From contig CM035359.1 in assembly GCA_020137815.1 (NCBI GenBank), positions 6,014,001 through 6,078,000 on the forward strand: a stretch of 64,000 bases of DNA, read 5' to 3'. The stretch is from Hormiphora californensis. Taxonomy: Eukaryota; Animalia; Ctenophora. The position numbers were made by a program, and so were the translations under genes. Positions 25,801-34,098 of the stretch are shown in pieces. The notes beneath the pieces are model-generated. The model made no database searches and was not told the DNA's origin. It saw nothing but the letters and a program-made list of their open reading frames with translations. Position 1 is the first letter of the stretch. Each line of letters opens with the position of its first letter.

Positions 25801-28630
25801 CTAGTATAACATCATGTCCGCACAGTTCGCAATTAATGAGTTCATCGGAATCATTGGAAAAAGTCTGAGTAGGGCTTACATTTATATAGGAAAGAGATTG
25901 CGTAGAGAAGGACCTGGAACTAAAAAATGATGTGATGACGGGATTTACTGGACTATATGTATCTTGATACATGTATTGTGTGTTTTAGTTTGAGTTTTAG
26001 TTTGTGTTTTAGTTTGCGTTTTAGTTTGCGTTTTAGTTTGCGTGTTACGTTGTAGTTTGGAGATAAAAGACTATGATAACAAAGATACGATATACTTTGT
26101 GACAAACAGTATATAAGATTTTGATCTATGATCCTGTTCGAATATCATGGACGTGTTAGCAGATTGGTTCTACACGGGTTTTGCTTGAACAAAAACGCTT
26201 TTTTCTGACTCATTCTCCCCCGGTAACTGCAGTTTTTGTTGATCTGTTTGTTCTGTAGCACATTCTTTTTATTTCTGCTGACTGTAAAACATGTAAATTA
26301 AAAAAAAGAATTTGTTCAATTGCTCACATACTATGTGTTTTCTCCTGACTTAAATAATCAAATTTTATTTCAACACTTTGCGAGCGACCGAATAGAAGGT
26401 CGCATTGCTACGATCTTGTTGTGACCAATTTTGATGTTACATTTACGCCACACGAGTTACCCCGAGAAATCCAAGATTTCTAAACCCTGCTACTTTGTTA
26501 TTTTGCAGAAATGTGTAAAAAAATACCAGTAAAGCAGGGGCAAATATACACTCTCTCTACCTGTTTACAGTGGGTGACAGCCTGATCGAATTTCAGATCT
26601 GGTCGTGAGCTGATCCAATAGTATTCCCCTCCACAGCTCACCACATTATCCTTGTCGTATTGTACTGTGTGAGGAATGCAGCAAAATTAGGAAAACTAAG
26701 TTTATTCTCTCCATGCAGGGAGGAAAAGTAGACAAGAATAATCAATAACCAGCCTGATAACTGAATGAAAATCGTAGCTAGGAATCCTGCCACAACTTAC
26801 TCATATTGGAAACACAGAGGGCGGCTTTCTCCCAACTACAAGCTGCTACCTTGAACACACCCTGCTGGTTTAGCCCCGCACAATATGTGATTTTCCAAGG
26901 TATCCCTGATTCAGCAGGCACTACTTGTCCCCCTTCAGTGACTACCAAACCACCTGGTGGGAGGGGAAACAGTTAGGGAGTTCATACACCCATCAGGCGT
27001 TTGCTAGTTTCCCCCTTCAGTGAGTAGGGGGAGCCGGGGAAACAGCTAGGGAGAGACATTTTCACATAACGTCACGACCATCAGGGGTTTACTAGTTTCC
27101 CCCTTCAGTAACCAGGGGGAGCCGGGGAAACAGTTAGTTCACTCTTCAGTGAGCAGGAAGGTTAAATTTTCACACACCCATGGGTACTTGTAGTTAAATG
27201 TTCACATCAATGGGGCTGTGTTTTCCTGTCTCCAACCCCTCCTGCAGTTTTAAAGTTGCTCATACGCAGAGTTTCTCGAGGAAATAAGAAGCGTCTCCTA
27301 TACGATATAACGTGCTAGTATAATACGAAGAAGAAAACTTTCAACGATCGTCTAGTTGGAGAGAGAATACTAAATAGCTATCATAATATACTCGAGAGGG
27401 AGGGGGAGAGATTGAGGAAGACCAACAAGGATAAGGGACCAATAAAATACGCTGGCATTTATCTTCCTCTAACTGTCACTCAAGATTGTATTTCCTCAAA
27501 CAGCACATTATATTTTAACATAAAATGCTCAGCAAAGATCGAGGAATAAATCATAGTGGTAGCTATATCCAACAGCTCGGTTTACCTTGTTATGTTCTAA
27601 CCCTCCCTTTACATTTGGGGCACGCGAAACAAGCTAGGCAAGGTTTACCGTACACCTCGACATTATTTGCCTAGCTAGACTCTGATTCGTGCGCCCGCCC
27701 TTCACAAATGAAAAGGAGGGTTAGAACATAACAAGACATTATACCGACATCCTTCTCCGAAGAGTTTGCTAAGCCGACTGTACAATTAGCCTTAACTAGC
27801 AAACCCGTTCGCCCTACGGGCGAATTTCGGTGAAATGGTAGGTGATTACTTTCTCTCCCTTCTATGTATGTGATTTGACCCCTCAAGTTCTCAAGCACTT
27901 GTGATACGTGATTACTACGAATCACATCGTCATACTGACGGATCACGTCGTCACATTGACGGATCACGTCGTCACATTGACGGATAACGTCGTCACATTG
28001 ACGGATCACGTCGTCACACTGACGATAGGGTGTCACATTTCCGTCAAATTTGCATTAGATATAGTTAGATTGAATTTTAGTACTGCCAAATCGTTGTGTA
28101 AGTGTGAAACTCACCAACAAGTTTGTATCGGGTCCACACATATTTAAAGCTGGCGGGTAGAACATTCTCACAGGTCCCCTCACTCTCTAGCTCCCTAGAA
28201 CCTGCATACACCTGGGAGAGAGGAGCAGGTTTAGTTGTTAGTTGCATAAACCTGGGAGAGAGGAGCAGGTTTAGTTGTAACGGGGGGAATAGAGACAAAA
28301 CTAACAAAATGTGTAATTAAAACAGTACACCAGCAATACAATTATGCCAAAAAACAACTAATCGGGAAGCACCAACCTTTTTATTGACGGCATCACACGT
28401 TTTAACAGCTGTATCATAGTTCATAGTGGTGAGCTGTGCTTCGTTACATGTCCCCGCACAGGGCACCTCGGAGTTCCGGGGACATATACCTGGGAATTGG
28501 AGGAGTAGGGCTAGGGTGGGGAGTGGGGTGGATGGTATCCTGTATCCACTGGATACTGGACATGTATATTGGGTGTTGGCGATCGAATCGTGATAGAAAG
28601 AGGTATATCAGTGATCTTGGATCACTCTAC

Positions 28631-28671
<41 letters not shown>

Positions 28672-28817
28672 AGCTGAATGCTAATGAAAGAATTGAAGGG
28701 GTGAACGACGCACAGGATCGCTGAGGTTTAGGGGGAGGTAGTGGGTAACAACGGAAAGTTACCTTCAGAGTTAACGTATGCTAATAGGATCCAAATAATA
28801 GTCTGATAAAATAACAT
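164..28817 (-). CDS. Multi-exon type I membrane receptor: signal peptide + 2 C-type-lectin-like + 5 Ig-like domains + TM + Pro/Tyr-rich cytoplasmic tail
   Basis: GT-AG exons with compatible phases: 28817-28763 (MLFYQTIIWILLAYVNSE, signal peptide); 28489-28377, 28211-28115, 26953-26801 (CTL1: CP..CAGTC..AVKTC..VWT..YC..C..C); 26664-26561, 15627-15518, 15253-15126 (CTL2); 14866-14780, 13446-13375, 13188-13070, 11760-11607, 11334-11214, 10921-10767, 10663-10481, 6440-6357, 6195-6029, 5566-5389 (Ig motifs GERISLTC..VEW, AYTC, DYYC, CAVWAYPQP, CAARN); 5220-5081 (TM WLIIGGVIVALLIIMILICCCCC); 2616-2518, 2351-2188, 1581-1454, 1233-1069, 801-~688, ~555-164 (ends KTSNF*). Phase across the last two exons is unresolved, and an exon inside Ig1 may be missed. 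Confidence 0.8.
1301..1378. mobile_element. 78-bp MITE with TTGTC...GACAA ends and 8-bp TSD
   Basis: TSD TTGAGATA at 1293-1300 and 1379-1386; ends shared with 15364-15440. Confidence 0.7.
1798..1914. repeat. 42-bp tandem repeat, about 2.7 copies, intronic
   Basis: TACCTGTCTACGTGGTATCAAATGGTAGTTATAGTACATTAG repeated. Confidence 0.85.
3126..3525 (+). CDS. Small secreted prepropeptide (91 aa) with two EER-preceded amphipathic Cys-containing peptides; nested antisense in a receptor intron
   Basis: Exon 3126-3188 MKTFVLALVALFAVAAASPIQ; phase-0 GT-AG intron 3189-3312; exon 3313-3525 VEER-DIISMLIEMLKGFICNMQEER-IEER-GIMDMIINLVKTFLCGDNPGP...; TATTTATA at 3055; AATAAA at 3589 and 3600; strong C/G-ending codon bias. 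Confidence 0.85.
3615..4748 (-). CDS. Intronless papain-family (C1A, cathepsin L-like) cysteine protease, 377 aa, with C-terminal 4-Cys extension
   Basis: Signal MKFFTVICILGVALG; I29-like prodomain (EDRMRFRLF..N, GLNFFSSMT); catalytic motifs QGMCGSCW, NHAV, KNSWG; true start ATG 4748. Confidence 0.95.
   Translation of the reverse strand: MKFFTVICILGVALGHEAPLKEILKSTAETLKLYKSFKAEEGLRFGTEDRMRFRLFRKSAEEVANYNENSDNAVFGLNFFSSMTEAEKQQYLGLNITNHLPNAPAPPTASLSAPQKVLWTNTGAVTPVKNQGMCGSCWTFGAVGGLETRYQIASGVLRNFAEQEYLDCVYEGQKKNGCNGGWPNDAYKYSAKNGGRLAATSTYHYRGWDSKCKADKNRDAMVSAKIRGARTAGLGERANIARLAEGALAVAFEVTNYFQQYSRGIIKDTTCRGRPNHAVTAVGYTPLFVLVKNSWGGRWGDQGFVKYARNHHNCGLFDYSSFPILEKTGRSDRSPDRASMYRPKEDDKPAPPPNPDGECASGTVRCRDGVCRHEHMC
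4787..4793 (-). promoter_or_regulatory. Candidate TATA box of the protease gene
   Basis: TATAAAA on the minus strand about 40 nt upstream of ATG 4748. Confidence 0.55.
6982..7476 (-). CDS. Secreted galactose-binding-fold (F5/8 type C / fucolectin-like) protein, intronless, nested in a receptor intron
   Basis: Hydrophobic signal LLSLLLLSVA; motifs YAFDNDLSTKCHS, IWM, YCG, EC..PLRGNNVSL, SEIWAY typical of this fold. Confidence 0.7.
   Translation of the reverse strand: MCMLLSLLLLSVATPITTTTTYFHRNATEKFISGKFWSTYEDFTVEYAFDNDLSTKCHSKCDADGNTIWMTLQTEEEALFSGFLIRSAYDNPDPDRSRFNGTKIFVNGVYCGSVVIEKGNPWYLVECSVPLRGNNVSLVHRRDEGKEACIFMSEIWAYEPDYQG
7890..9407. mobile_element. Academ-like non-autonomous DNA transposon
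   Basis: TIRs of about 215 bp (TAGTAGAG...CTCTACTA), 3-bp TSD ATG, additional internal inverted repeat 8823-8900/9120-9198; no transposase ORF. Confidence 0.8.
9535..9607. repeat. (GA)n microsatellite; others at 12699-12728, 13853-13888, 28633-28668, 46244-46400, 49217-49322, 53148-53197
   Basis: Direct reading. Confidence 0.95.
9925..10350. repeat. About 100-bp direct duplication with (TTTTTACAAT)n tracts
   Basis: CGGCTGGATGGTTTTGGCTGAAACTTCATATACTC..TAGTTGAACA at ~9989 and ~10305. Confidence 0.7.
15364..15440. mobile_element. Second member of the ~78-bp TTGTC...GACAA MITE family
   Basis: Same ends as 1301-1378, different core, degenerate TSD TGTCCCTA/AGTCGCTA. Confidence 0.6.
16429..21158. 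mobile_element. 4.7-kb foldback element nested in the hAT element
   Basis: TIR GGTAGTATGACATACTGCC, 8-bp TSD GAAATTTT (empty-site homologue at ~50322-50345), arms built of TTGAGGACAC(A) tandem units, inner arms 17630-19165/19165-20850 inverted. Confidence 0.85.
17034..17103 (+). pseudogene. tRNA-Glu(CTC)-like sequence (pseudo-tRNA or SINE head)
   Basis: Box A TGGTGTAGTGG, D stem GGTG/CACC, loop CTCTCAC, box B GGTTCGAATCC, acceptor-like TCCATC/GATGGG; anticodon and T stems imperfect. Confidence 0.6.
21577..22253. mobile_element. MITE with poly-G/poly-C termini and internal 63-bp tandem repeats
   Basis: TIR G(n)TCAACCCAACTGTATCAGACATCCATG; flanked on both sides by GAATGCTC (TSD 7-9 bp depending on end definition). 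Confidence 0.75.
22915..23735. mobile_element. Academ-like MITE (TAGTCAGG...CCTGACTA)
   Basis: TIRs of about 330 bp, 3-bp TSD TAC; near-identical copy at 60397-61218. Confidence 0.9.
24207..24517. mobile_element. About 310-bp MITE
   Basis: Inverted arms TTTGACTCGCCAATTCTTGATTGG...CCAATCAAGAATTGGCGAGTCAAA; TSD not resolved. Confidence 0.75.
24623..25804 (+). CDS. Intronless orphan multi-pass (about 6 TM, GPCR-like) membrane protein, nested antisense in a receptor intron
   Basis: Long ORF from ATG 24623; acidic N-terminal region, then about 6 hydrophobic segments; YQLIMVLRPFYFR resembles the TM3/ICL2 position of class-A-like 7TM proteins; frame stays open 41 codons past the TAG. Confidence 0.7.
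   Translation: MSDMNPNDWDEMIEALKATVASDGDLMAEFSSFSDALLLAEIEINIGDEHIKTIDIKNDILNGGIASVSFVDEERGINLTIGVMETIILDGLRDPGTIKFDTIQDHKVEYYLNETMTASARFEANVTKYTILMTLMGVILLASISNSLYKSWSVGSRNKSFLAVKRLKDCITLILGLLSSVFQLIIYLPGDGDTFINILTIYYILRQMLFCLCMILKFFSTEIYTYQLIMVLRPFYFRNHKGMLTRILLSSMIATIILLVVPFVIVLIITAYTTDCITLTKLFEASRVTEFIVCGASLSLSGAITMIYVIVYYLIQLTRPDRADTSNDDKETVVNSLKAAVETITNIFTIVLIYKSTSDAMKISSQIKTEISFGSCSVVSSFLFDHVSVPLPL
27586..27735. mobile_element. Small IR element (CTTGTTATGTTCTAACCCTCC family)
   Basis: Inverted ends; related ends at 817-878, 18428-18520 and 19960-20056. Confidence 0.6.
27796..27840 (-). mobile_element. Helitron-like 3' end
   Basis: Minus strand reads TACCATTTCACCGAAATTCGCCCGTAGGGCGAACGGGTTTGCTAG|T (hairpin + CTAG); same end at 40953-40997 on plus. 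Confidence 0.65.
27920..28025. repeat. 21-bp tandem repeat, about 5 copies
   Basis: GACGGATCACGTCGTCACATT. Confidence 0.9.
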
Positions 28818-29379
28818 CCCGGCTCCCTTGTACTGGTCCGTAGAACGGTCTCACATCTCTTTTGTCCTTGCCATATGTGTGCTAGAGATCAGAATAGAAA
28901 TTTAGATATTCCAAGGGAATTAAACAAGGAAACTAAACAAGGAAATAATACAGGTATACATCAAGAATACCACTTGTATTGTCAGATGAACCCATGGAAA
29001 ATTTCTAGACGATACTATCTAAAAAAATCGATTATAGGACACACGATAAAAAGGGGTTGTAAAAAATAAACATGTAAAAAAGGGAAAGGGGGAGATAAAA
29101 CTGACTAAAATGACTAAAATTAAAGCGAACACAAAGGCAACTCAGGGCGAACACACTGGGGAGGAAAGGGGTGGGGATGAAAACAGACGGAGGGGGCCGG
29201 CTGAAGTTTTTGAAGTTTCCGAAGCCGAATTAAAAAACCCCAAAACTAAAATGGGTAGAAAAATTCAAAAACACGATACGTATATTATATCATCCATTCA
29301 CAATCAGTGAATGTGCCAAGTAATCAATGTACATACAACATCCATGAGCTCCTGAGGGTGTGTTATAATCGTGTACCAA

Positions 29380-30036
29380 CTACCAGAAAGGATCTTCAGT
29401 GCCGTGTTCGTGCTGAGTCCCCTGCCTATCTAGCCAAGGATCTCCAGTGCCGTGCTGAGCCCCCTGCCTATCTAGCCAAGGATCTGCAGTGCCGTGCTGA
29501 TTACCCTGCCTAGTTCCCCAAGGATCTCCAGTGTCGTGCTGAGTCACGTGCCTACCTAGCCATGGATCTCCAGTGCCGTGCTGAGTCCCCTGCCTATCTA
29601 GCCAAGGATCTCCAGTGCCGTGCTGAGTCCCCTGCCTAGTTCCCCAAGCATCTCCAGTGTCGTGCTGATTGACCTGCCTACCTAGCCAAGGATCTCCAGT
29701 GCCGTGCTGATTGACCTGCCTACCTAGCCAAGGATCTCCAGTGTCGTGCTGAGTCACCTGCCTAGTTCCCCAAGCATCTCCAGTGTCGTGCTGATTGACC
29801 TGCCTACCTAGCCAAGCATCTCCAGTGTCGTGCTGATTGACCTGCCTACCTAGCCAAGCATCTCCAGTGCCGTGCTGATTGACCTGCCTATCTAGCCAAG
29901 GATCTCCAGTGCCGTGCCTAGTCCTCCATGCATCTCTAATGACGTCCTGAATGTTCGGCCTAGTCCCCCAAGTGACCCAGCCACCTCCAGTGCCGTGCTG
30001 AGTGTCCTGCCTAGTCCCCCAAGGATCTCCAGTGGA
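29380..30036 (-). repeat. 42-bp minisatellite (about 15 units), open on minus strand as 14-aa repeats QHGTGDPWLGRQVN
   Basis: Frame read by hand is stop-free from 30036 to 29383; probably the 3' part of the BTB gene. Confidence 0.75.
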
Positions 30037-30039
30037 TTA

Positions 30040-31390
30040 CCCACTTCTCTGGCCACTACAACTCTGGCTACTACAACTCTGGCTACTACAATTCTGGCTA
30101 GTAGCCACAGTTGTACACAACTCTGGCTACTAGGAGTGTATCTCTGGCTACTACCAAGTCCTGCCTATAGAAGAAATATAACGCCGTATTACATGTTATA
30201 TCGCCGTCAGGGACGTAGGCTTGGAAGAAGGTGTTGGAAAGCGAGAAGAGAGGTGCTGTGCTCTCGATCGATCGTACGCGTAAGAGGTTAGACCAAGAGA
30301 GAACTGTCATGTACAGACCATGTAGTTAGAGATTCATGGGATGTGGTTGGCTTGGAGAGGTGATGTGGTCCCGATGGAATTCAGGTGTTCAGTTGGAGAA
30401 GTCTTTTCATTATGGGGGAGAGACCAAACCAGAACTGATCTTATTGTATTCTCGCGAGAGGTAAAGACGATGATCTGGTGGGAGCTTACTCTCCAGATTG
30501 TGCGGTATACCGACATTGAGTGTGAAGCTAATGGTTGGAAGTGTTTCAACATGGCTGTTGAGGTTGGGGCTCGAGGTCAGGTAGTGGACAGCTTGACTAA
30601 AGCAGCTTCCAGGCGAGGGTTCAGAGGTAGGGGCTGCTCACTGTTCCACGTGGATCTACTTCCTGTCAGTGAAGAAGGAGCAGAAGTACAGGAAAAAGTA
30701 GTTGAGTCATTGAACTGTGAATTGGTGGTAGTATTGGATGGGTGTGCCCTCACGTTCATAAACCTGTCAACGGGGGCAGCAGTGAGGGACCCCAGTCGAT
30801 AACTCATTCCGGTCAACTGGGCATACATCGAACGGTGGTCTAAGATTATCGAGATTGCCGGGGCGCCTGACTTAGTAATTTGTGTAGTACACAATACATG
30901 TACCCATACGAAACGGTGTCTGGTTTACGGCTGATGAGATCGATCTGGGTCTCTGTTTCTTACGAGTGTCAACGTTTACTATCTTAAGATTAGTGGTCAG
31001 AGGATCTCGATCTTTCCGCTATTTCAGATCTCTGTGTTAGGTGTGGAGGTTGCTGTTAGGGGTGGAGACGGGTGGAGATTGGTTTGAAGGCTGGTGTTGT
31101 GGGGAGAATGGTTCGGTTCCTGGGGTTGGTCTCGCAGCATGGTACATATTCTCAACTTATCAGTACATACTATATCCAGCGAACCTAACTCGTGTGTGTT
31201 AATGCGTGTACCTAACTACCTATCACCTAATGAGTCGGTAATACGGAGTTCTATTTCATATATAGGCGGGGTCGTTTGGTAGCCAGAGGTGCACCGCTAG
31301 TAGCCAGAGTTGTGTACAACTGTGGCTACTAGCCAGAATTGTAGTAGCCAGAGTTGTAGTAGCCAGAGTTGTAGTGGCCAGAGAAGTGGG
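30040..31390. mobile_element. Non-autonomous TIR element (CCCAC...GTGGG, 15-bp subterminal repeats; EnSpm/CMC-like)
   Basis: Inverted arms of about 110 bp, 30040-30152/31279-31390, with (CTCTGGCTACTACAA)n; flanks TTA/TCA, no clean TSD. Confidence 0.8.
30360..30700 (+). pseudogene. Degenerate restriction-like endonuclease (RLE) C-terminus of a Hero/NeSL-type non-LTR retrotransposon
   Basis: RTDLIVFSREVKTMIWWELT...RY...CEANGWKCFNMAVEVGARGQV, and in a shifted frame AAHCSTWIY; fits the RPD..ELT..KY..VEVG.RG..WIW pattern. Confidence 0.7.
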
Positions 31391-32273
31391 TCACCTCTCC
31401 AGTGTCGCCTACATTGCTCCGACCACTTTTCTGCCCTCTGCGCCCTCTTTTTGGCGTGTTCGAAGGATCGGGAGGTGTCATTTGAACCAGGGAGAAAGTA
31501 GCGAACAAAGATCCAAGATCCTCATGGGACAACGACGTTTGAAGAGTTTCAACCAAGCTTTTATACACTTTAGGATCCTCTTGGAAACAACGAGTTAACG
31601 GTCGGGGCTTAAGAAACGTTTTTTCTACTCCACTTAGCTGTACCAGAGGGGTTTTGCTCTTGATAATTGCAGTAAGCCATTCGTAAACAACTGGAGTTGA
31701 TTTTTCAGCCATGGATAGGCACATGTCTGCATACACTAGATCCTGTTTGTTAGGATCACGTGAGAGATAATCATCGACAAGCGCTAACCTAAGTGAAGGT
31801 AATTTCCTCAATTTGGAATTTAGAACATTTTGCAGCTCCTTGTTGTTCCTCTCCTTGAGGATGTACCCAGCTTCTTCAAATGCAAACCATGCCACCTCTA
31901 AAGATCCTTCAGTCATCTTAAAACAAAGATCCGTGTAAAACTTGAGGCACTCTTTCACCATCCAATCTACCTTGAACACGGCACTGAGTTTGTTAACCTC
32001 CCGGAAGTTTTCCATGGTGAGAATGACGTTGCCAGAGTAACAAGACTCTACAAAACACCGCACTGCGGTTTCAGAAAACTCCTCCACATCGAGCTCCTTT
32101 ATTTGCATCTCACCAACTAGCTCAGACACTACTGGACTGTTCATTGACAGGGGGAAGGAGCTTGATTTAACGAATTTACCTCCGCTACACATTAGTTGGA
32201 GATCGTTTAGGCCGTTTAACTTCAGGTAGTGTACCCCAAAGTTGATGGGTACTGTGCAGGTCTGGATTGTCAT
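31391..32273 (-). CDS. BTB/POZ-domain protein, truncated by a transposon insertion
   Basis: NDLQLMCSGG..LSMNSPV..LDVEEFSETAVRCFVESCYSG..ENFREVNKLSAVFKVDWMVKEC is BTB-like; the ORF runs into the TIR and stops at 31329. Confidence 0.8.
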
Positions 32274-32631
32274 GGTGGATTATCTAACATGGGAATAATG
32301 GTGGGTTAACGGACGGTGCAAGTCACAAGACAGGTTAAATTTATTCAACCACTGATTACCCGTGTATCACATGTACACCAGTGTCGTAGTGCCCCTTTAT
32401 TGTCGCACATTATGCGTTTCAAAGATGATATTATAATATTGGTTTGGCTCATTTTATTTTCACATTTTCGTCAAACACCATCTCCCTCTCTATAGACACC
32501 ACCTCCCTCTCTAGGAACACCATCTCCAGCTCTCTACTAATTTCTAAAGTTGTCACCGGCCCCCTTCTCGTGTGATCACATGTGGTGCGTGTGTCAACAA
32601 AACCCTCTTCTAAATCCTTCTTCTTTTCTAG

Positions 32632-32767
32632 TTGTTGCGTGTCCTGAATCCTCCCAGTATGGAATCACCCAGATCCAGCCGATAGGGACGGTGATGAAAG
32701 ATAATTGCGGATTCATCGAATGCTTGGAAACCAGGACCTGGTCTATCTCTAAATGCAAATGTGTTGG
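32632..32767 (+). other. Isolated phase 1-1 Cys-rich exon candidate (Sushi/CCP-like)
   Basis: TTCTTTTCTAG acceptor, VACPE...NCGFIECLETRTWSISKCKCV, GTAGG donor; no partner exons identified. Confidence 0.35.
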
Positions 32768-33451
32768 TAGGTAACTTTGGGCAAATTGGTCGTTGGTAAT
32801 ACCAACTTGGATCGGTTATAAGGGCATGGGAGAGTGAAACCTTGCTTAGACTTTAGCTAGACAATGGGTGTATATAGTATATACTATATTATATATATGG
32901 GCGTATATATGATATACTATAATCTATATGCATTAAATGTGCATCAGCCGCGTTGTAGCATTTTAATACATACTTTGGAACTTAACTCCTTACCATATAC
33001 GCCAGTGCCACAGTTATCTTAGCTTTTCTAGTCTAATTAAGACGTTTCTCTTTAACCCCCTACCAACGTAATTTTGACAGCACTCGGTGACCCCCCTCTC
33101 TCTGAGGGGCACTTGACCAAATCCCACAGGGTGTTTCCTGTGGTCCGCCTCCAGCACTCTCCTCCGCACTCCTCCTTCTGATATTGAACATTGAGCAGCA
33201 GCCGCATGCAGTGACTGGGAGGGATTAGATGCAAAGTGACTGTTTTATTTTTTATAACCAAGGACTTTTAATTGACGTTGGGGCAGCCTGTAAGAGCGGG
33301 TTGATCCTGTCTTGGCTGCCCTAGATGGAGTAGTGTGTGCAATATATTTGTACTCTTCTCAACAAAAAATAAATGAAAAGTGCAAGTTTCAGGGCACTTT
33401 AGCTCGGTAAACGACAGACTTGAAAACATTGACAAACTGTAATCATGACCA

Positions 33452-33751
33452 TCTCTATTATAATTTGGAGATGAACGTCGAAGTGGTGGCCGTTCGTTAG
33501 GCGGTATCTAAGCGACAGGCTGCTCCTTCATAAAATACTTCATGTGCCCAAAGCTGTTGCTCACACTTTTGGAACTTCCAGTGGAAGTTTGAAAATGTTT
33601 TTGAATGAGTTTAAACATGCCAGTCCCTATAGTTAACAATTCAGTTGCCATGACAACCGTGTTGACGTCGAAAGGGCGAAAAGAACCACCTGGCTTCGCC
33701 GGGTGGGTTATCAAAAGGCCTTACTTGAGGCGCACCCAATGGGTGCGCTAG
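33452..33751 (+). mobile_element. Non-autonomous Helitron, copy 1
   Basis: A|TC start, GCGCACCCAATGGGTGCGC hairpin and CTAG|T end, no TSD. Confidence 0.8.
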
Positions 33752-33786
33752 TTGGGGATATAAAGAGACAATCAGCCAATAACTAG

Positions 33787-34098
33787 TCTCTATTATAAGT
33801 TGGAGATGAACGTCGAAGTGATGGTCGTTCGTTCAGTGCGTTTCTACGCGACAGGCTGCTCCTTCATAAAACACTCTATGTGCCAAAAGCTGTAAAGCTG
33901 TTGCTCACACTTTTGGGACTCCAGTGGAAGTTTGAAAATGTTTTCGAATGAATTTTAACATGCCAGTGCCTATAGTTACCAATTCAGTTGCCATGGCAAC
34001 CGTGTTATTGACGTTGAAAGGGGCGAAAAGAACTACCCGGCGAAGCCGGGTGGGTTATCAAAATTCCTTACTTGGGGCGCACCCCATGGGTGCGCTAG
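33787..34098 (+). mobile_element. Non-autonomous Helitron, copy 2 (tandem)
   Basis: Homologous to 33452-33751; TC start, hairpin + CTAG|T end. Confidence 0.8.

Noticed and set aside
29390-30033. CRISPR-like array
   Set aside because: Contiguous 42-bp units with no unique spacers, no cas genes, eukaryotic context.
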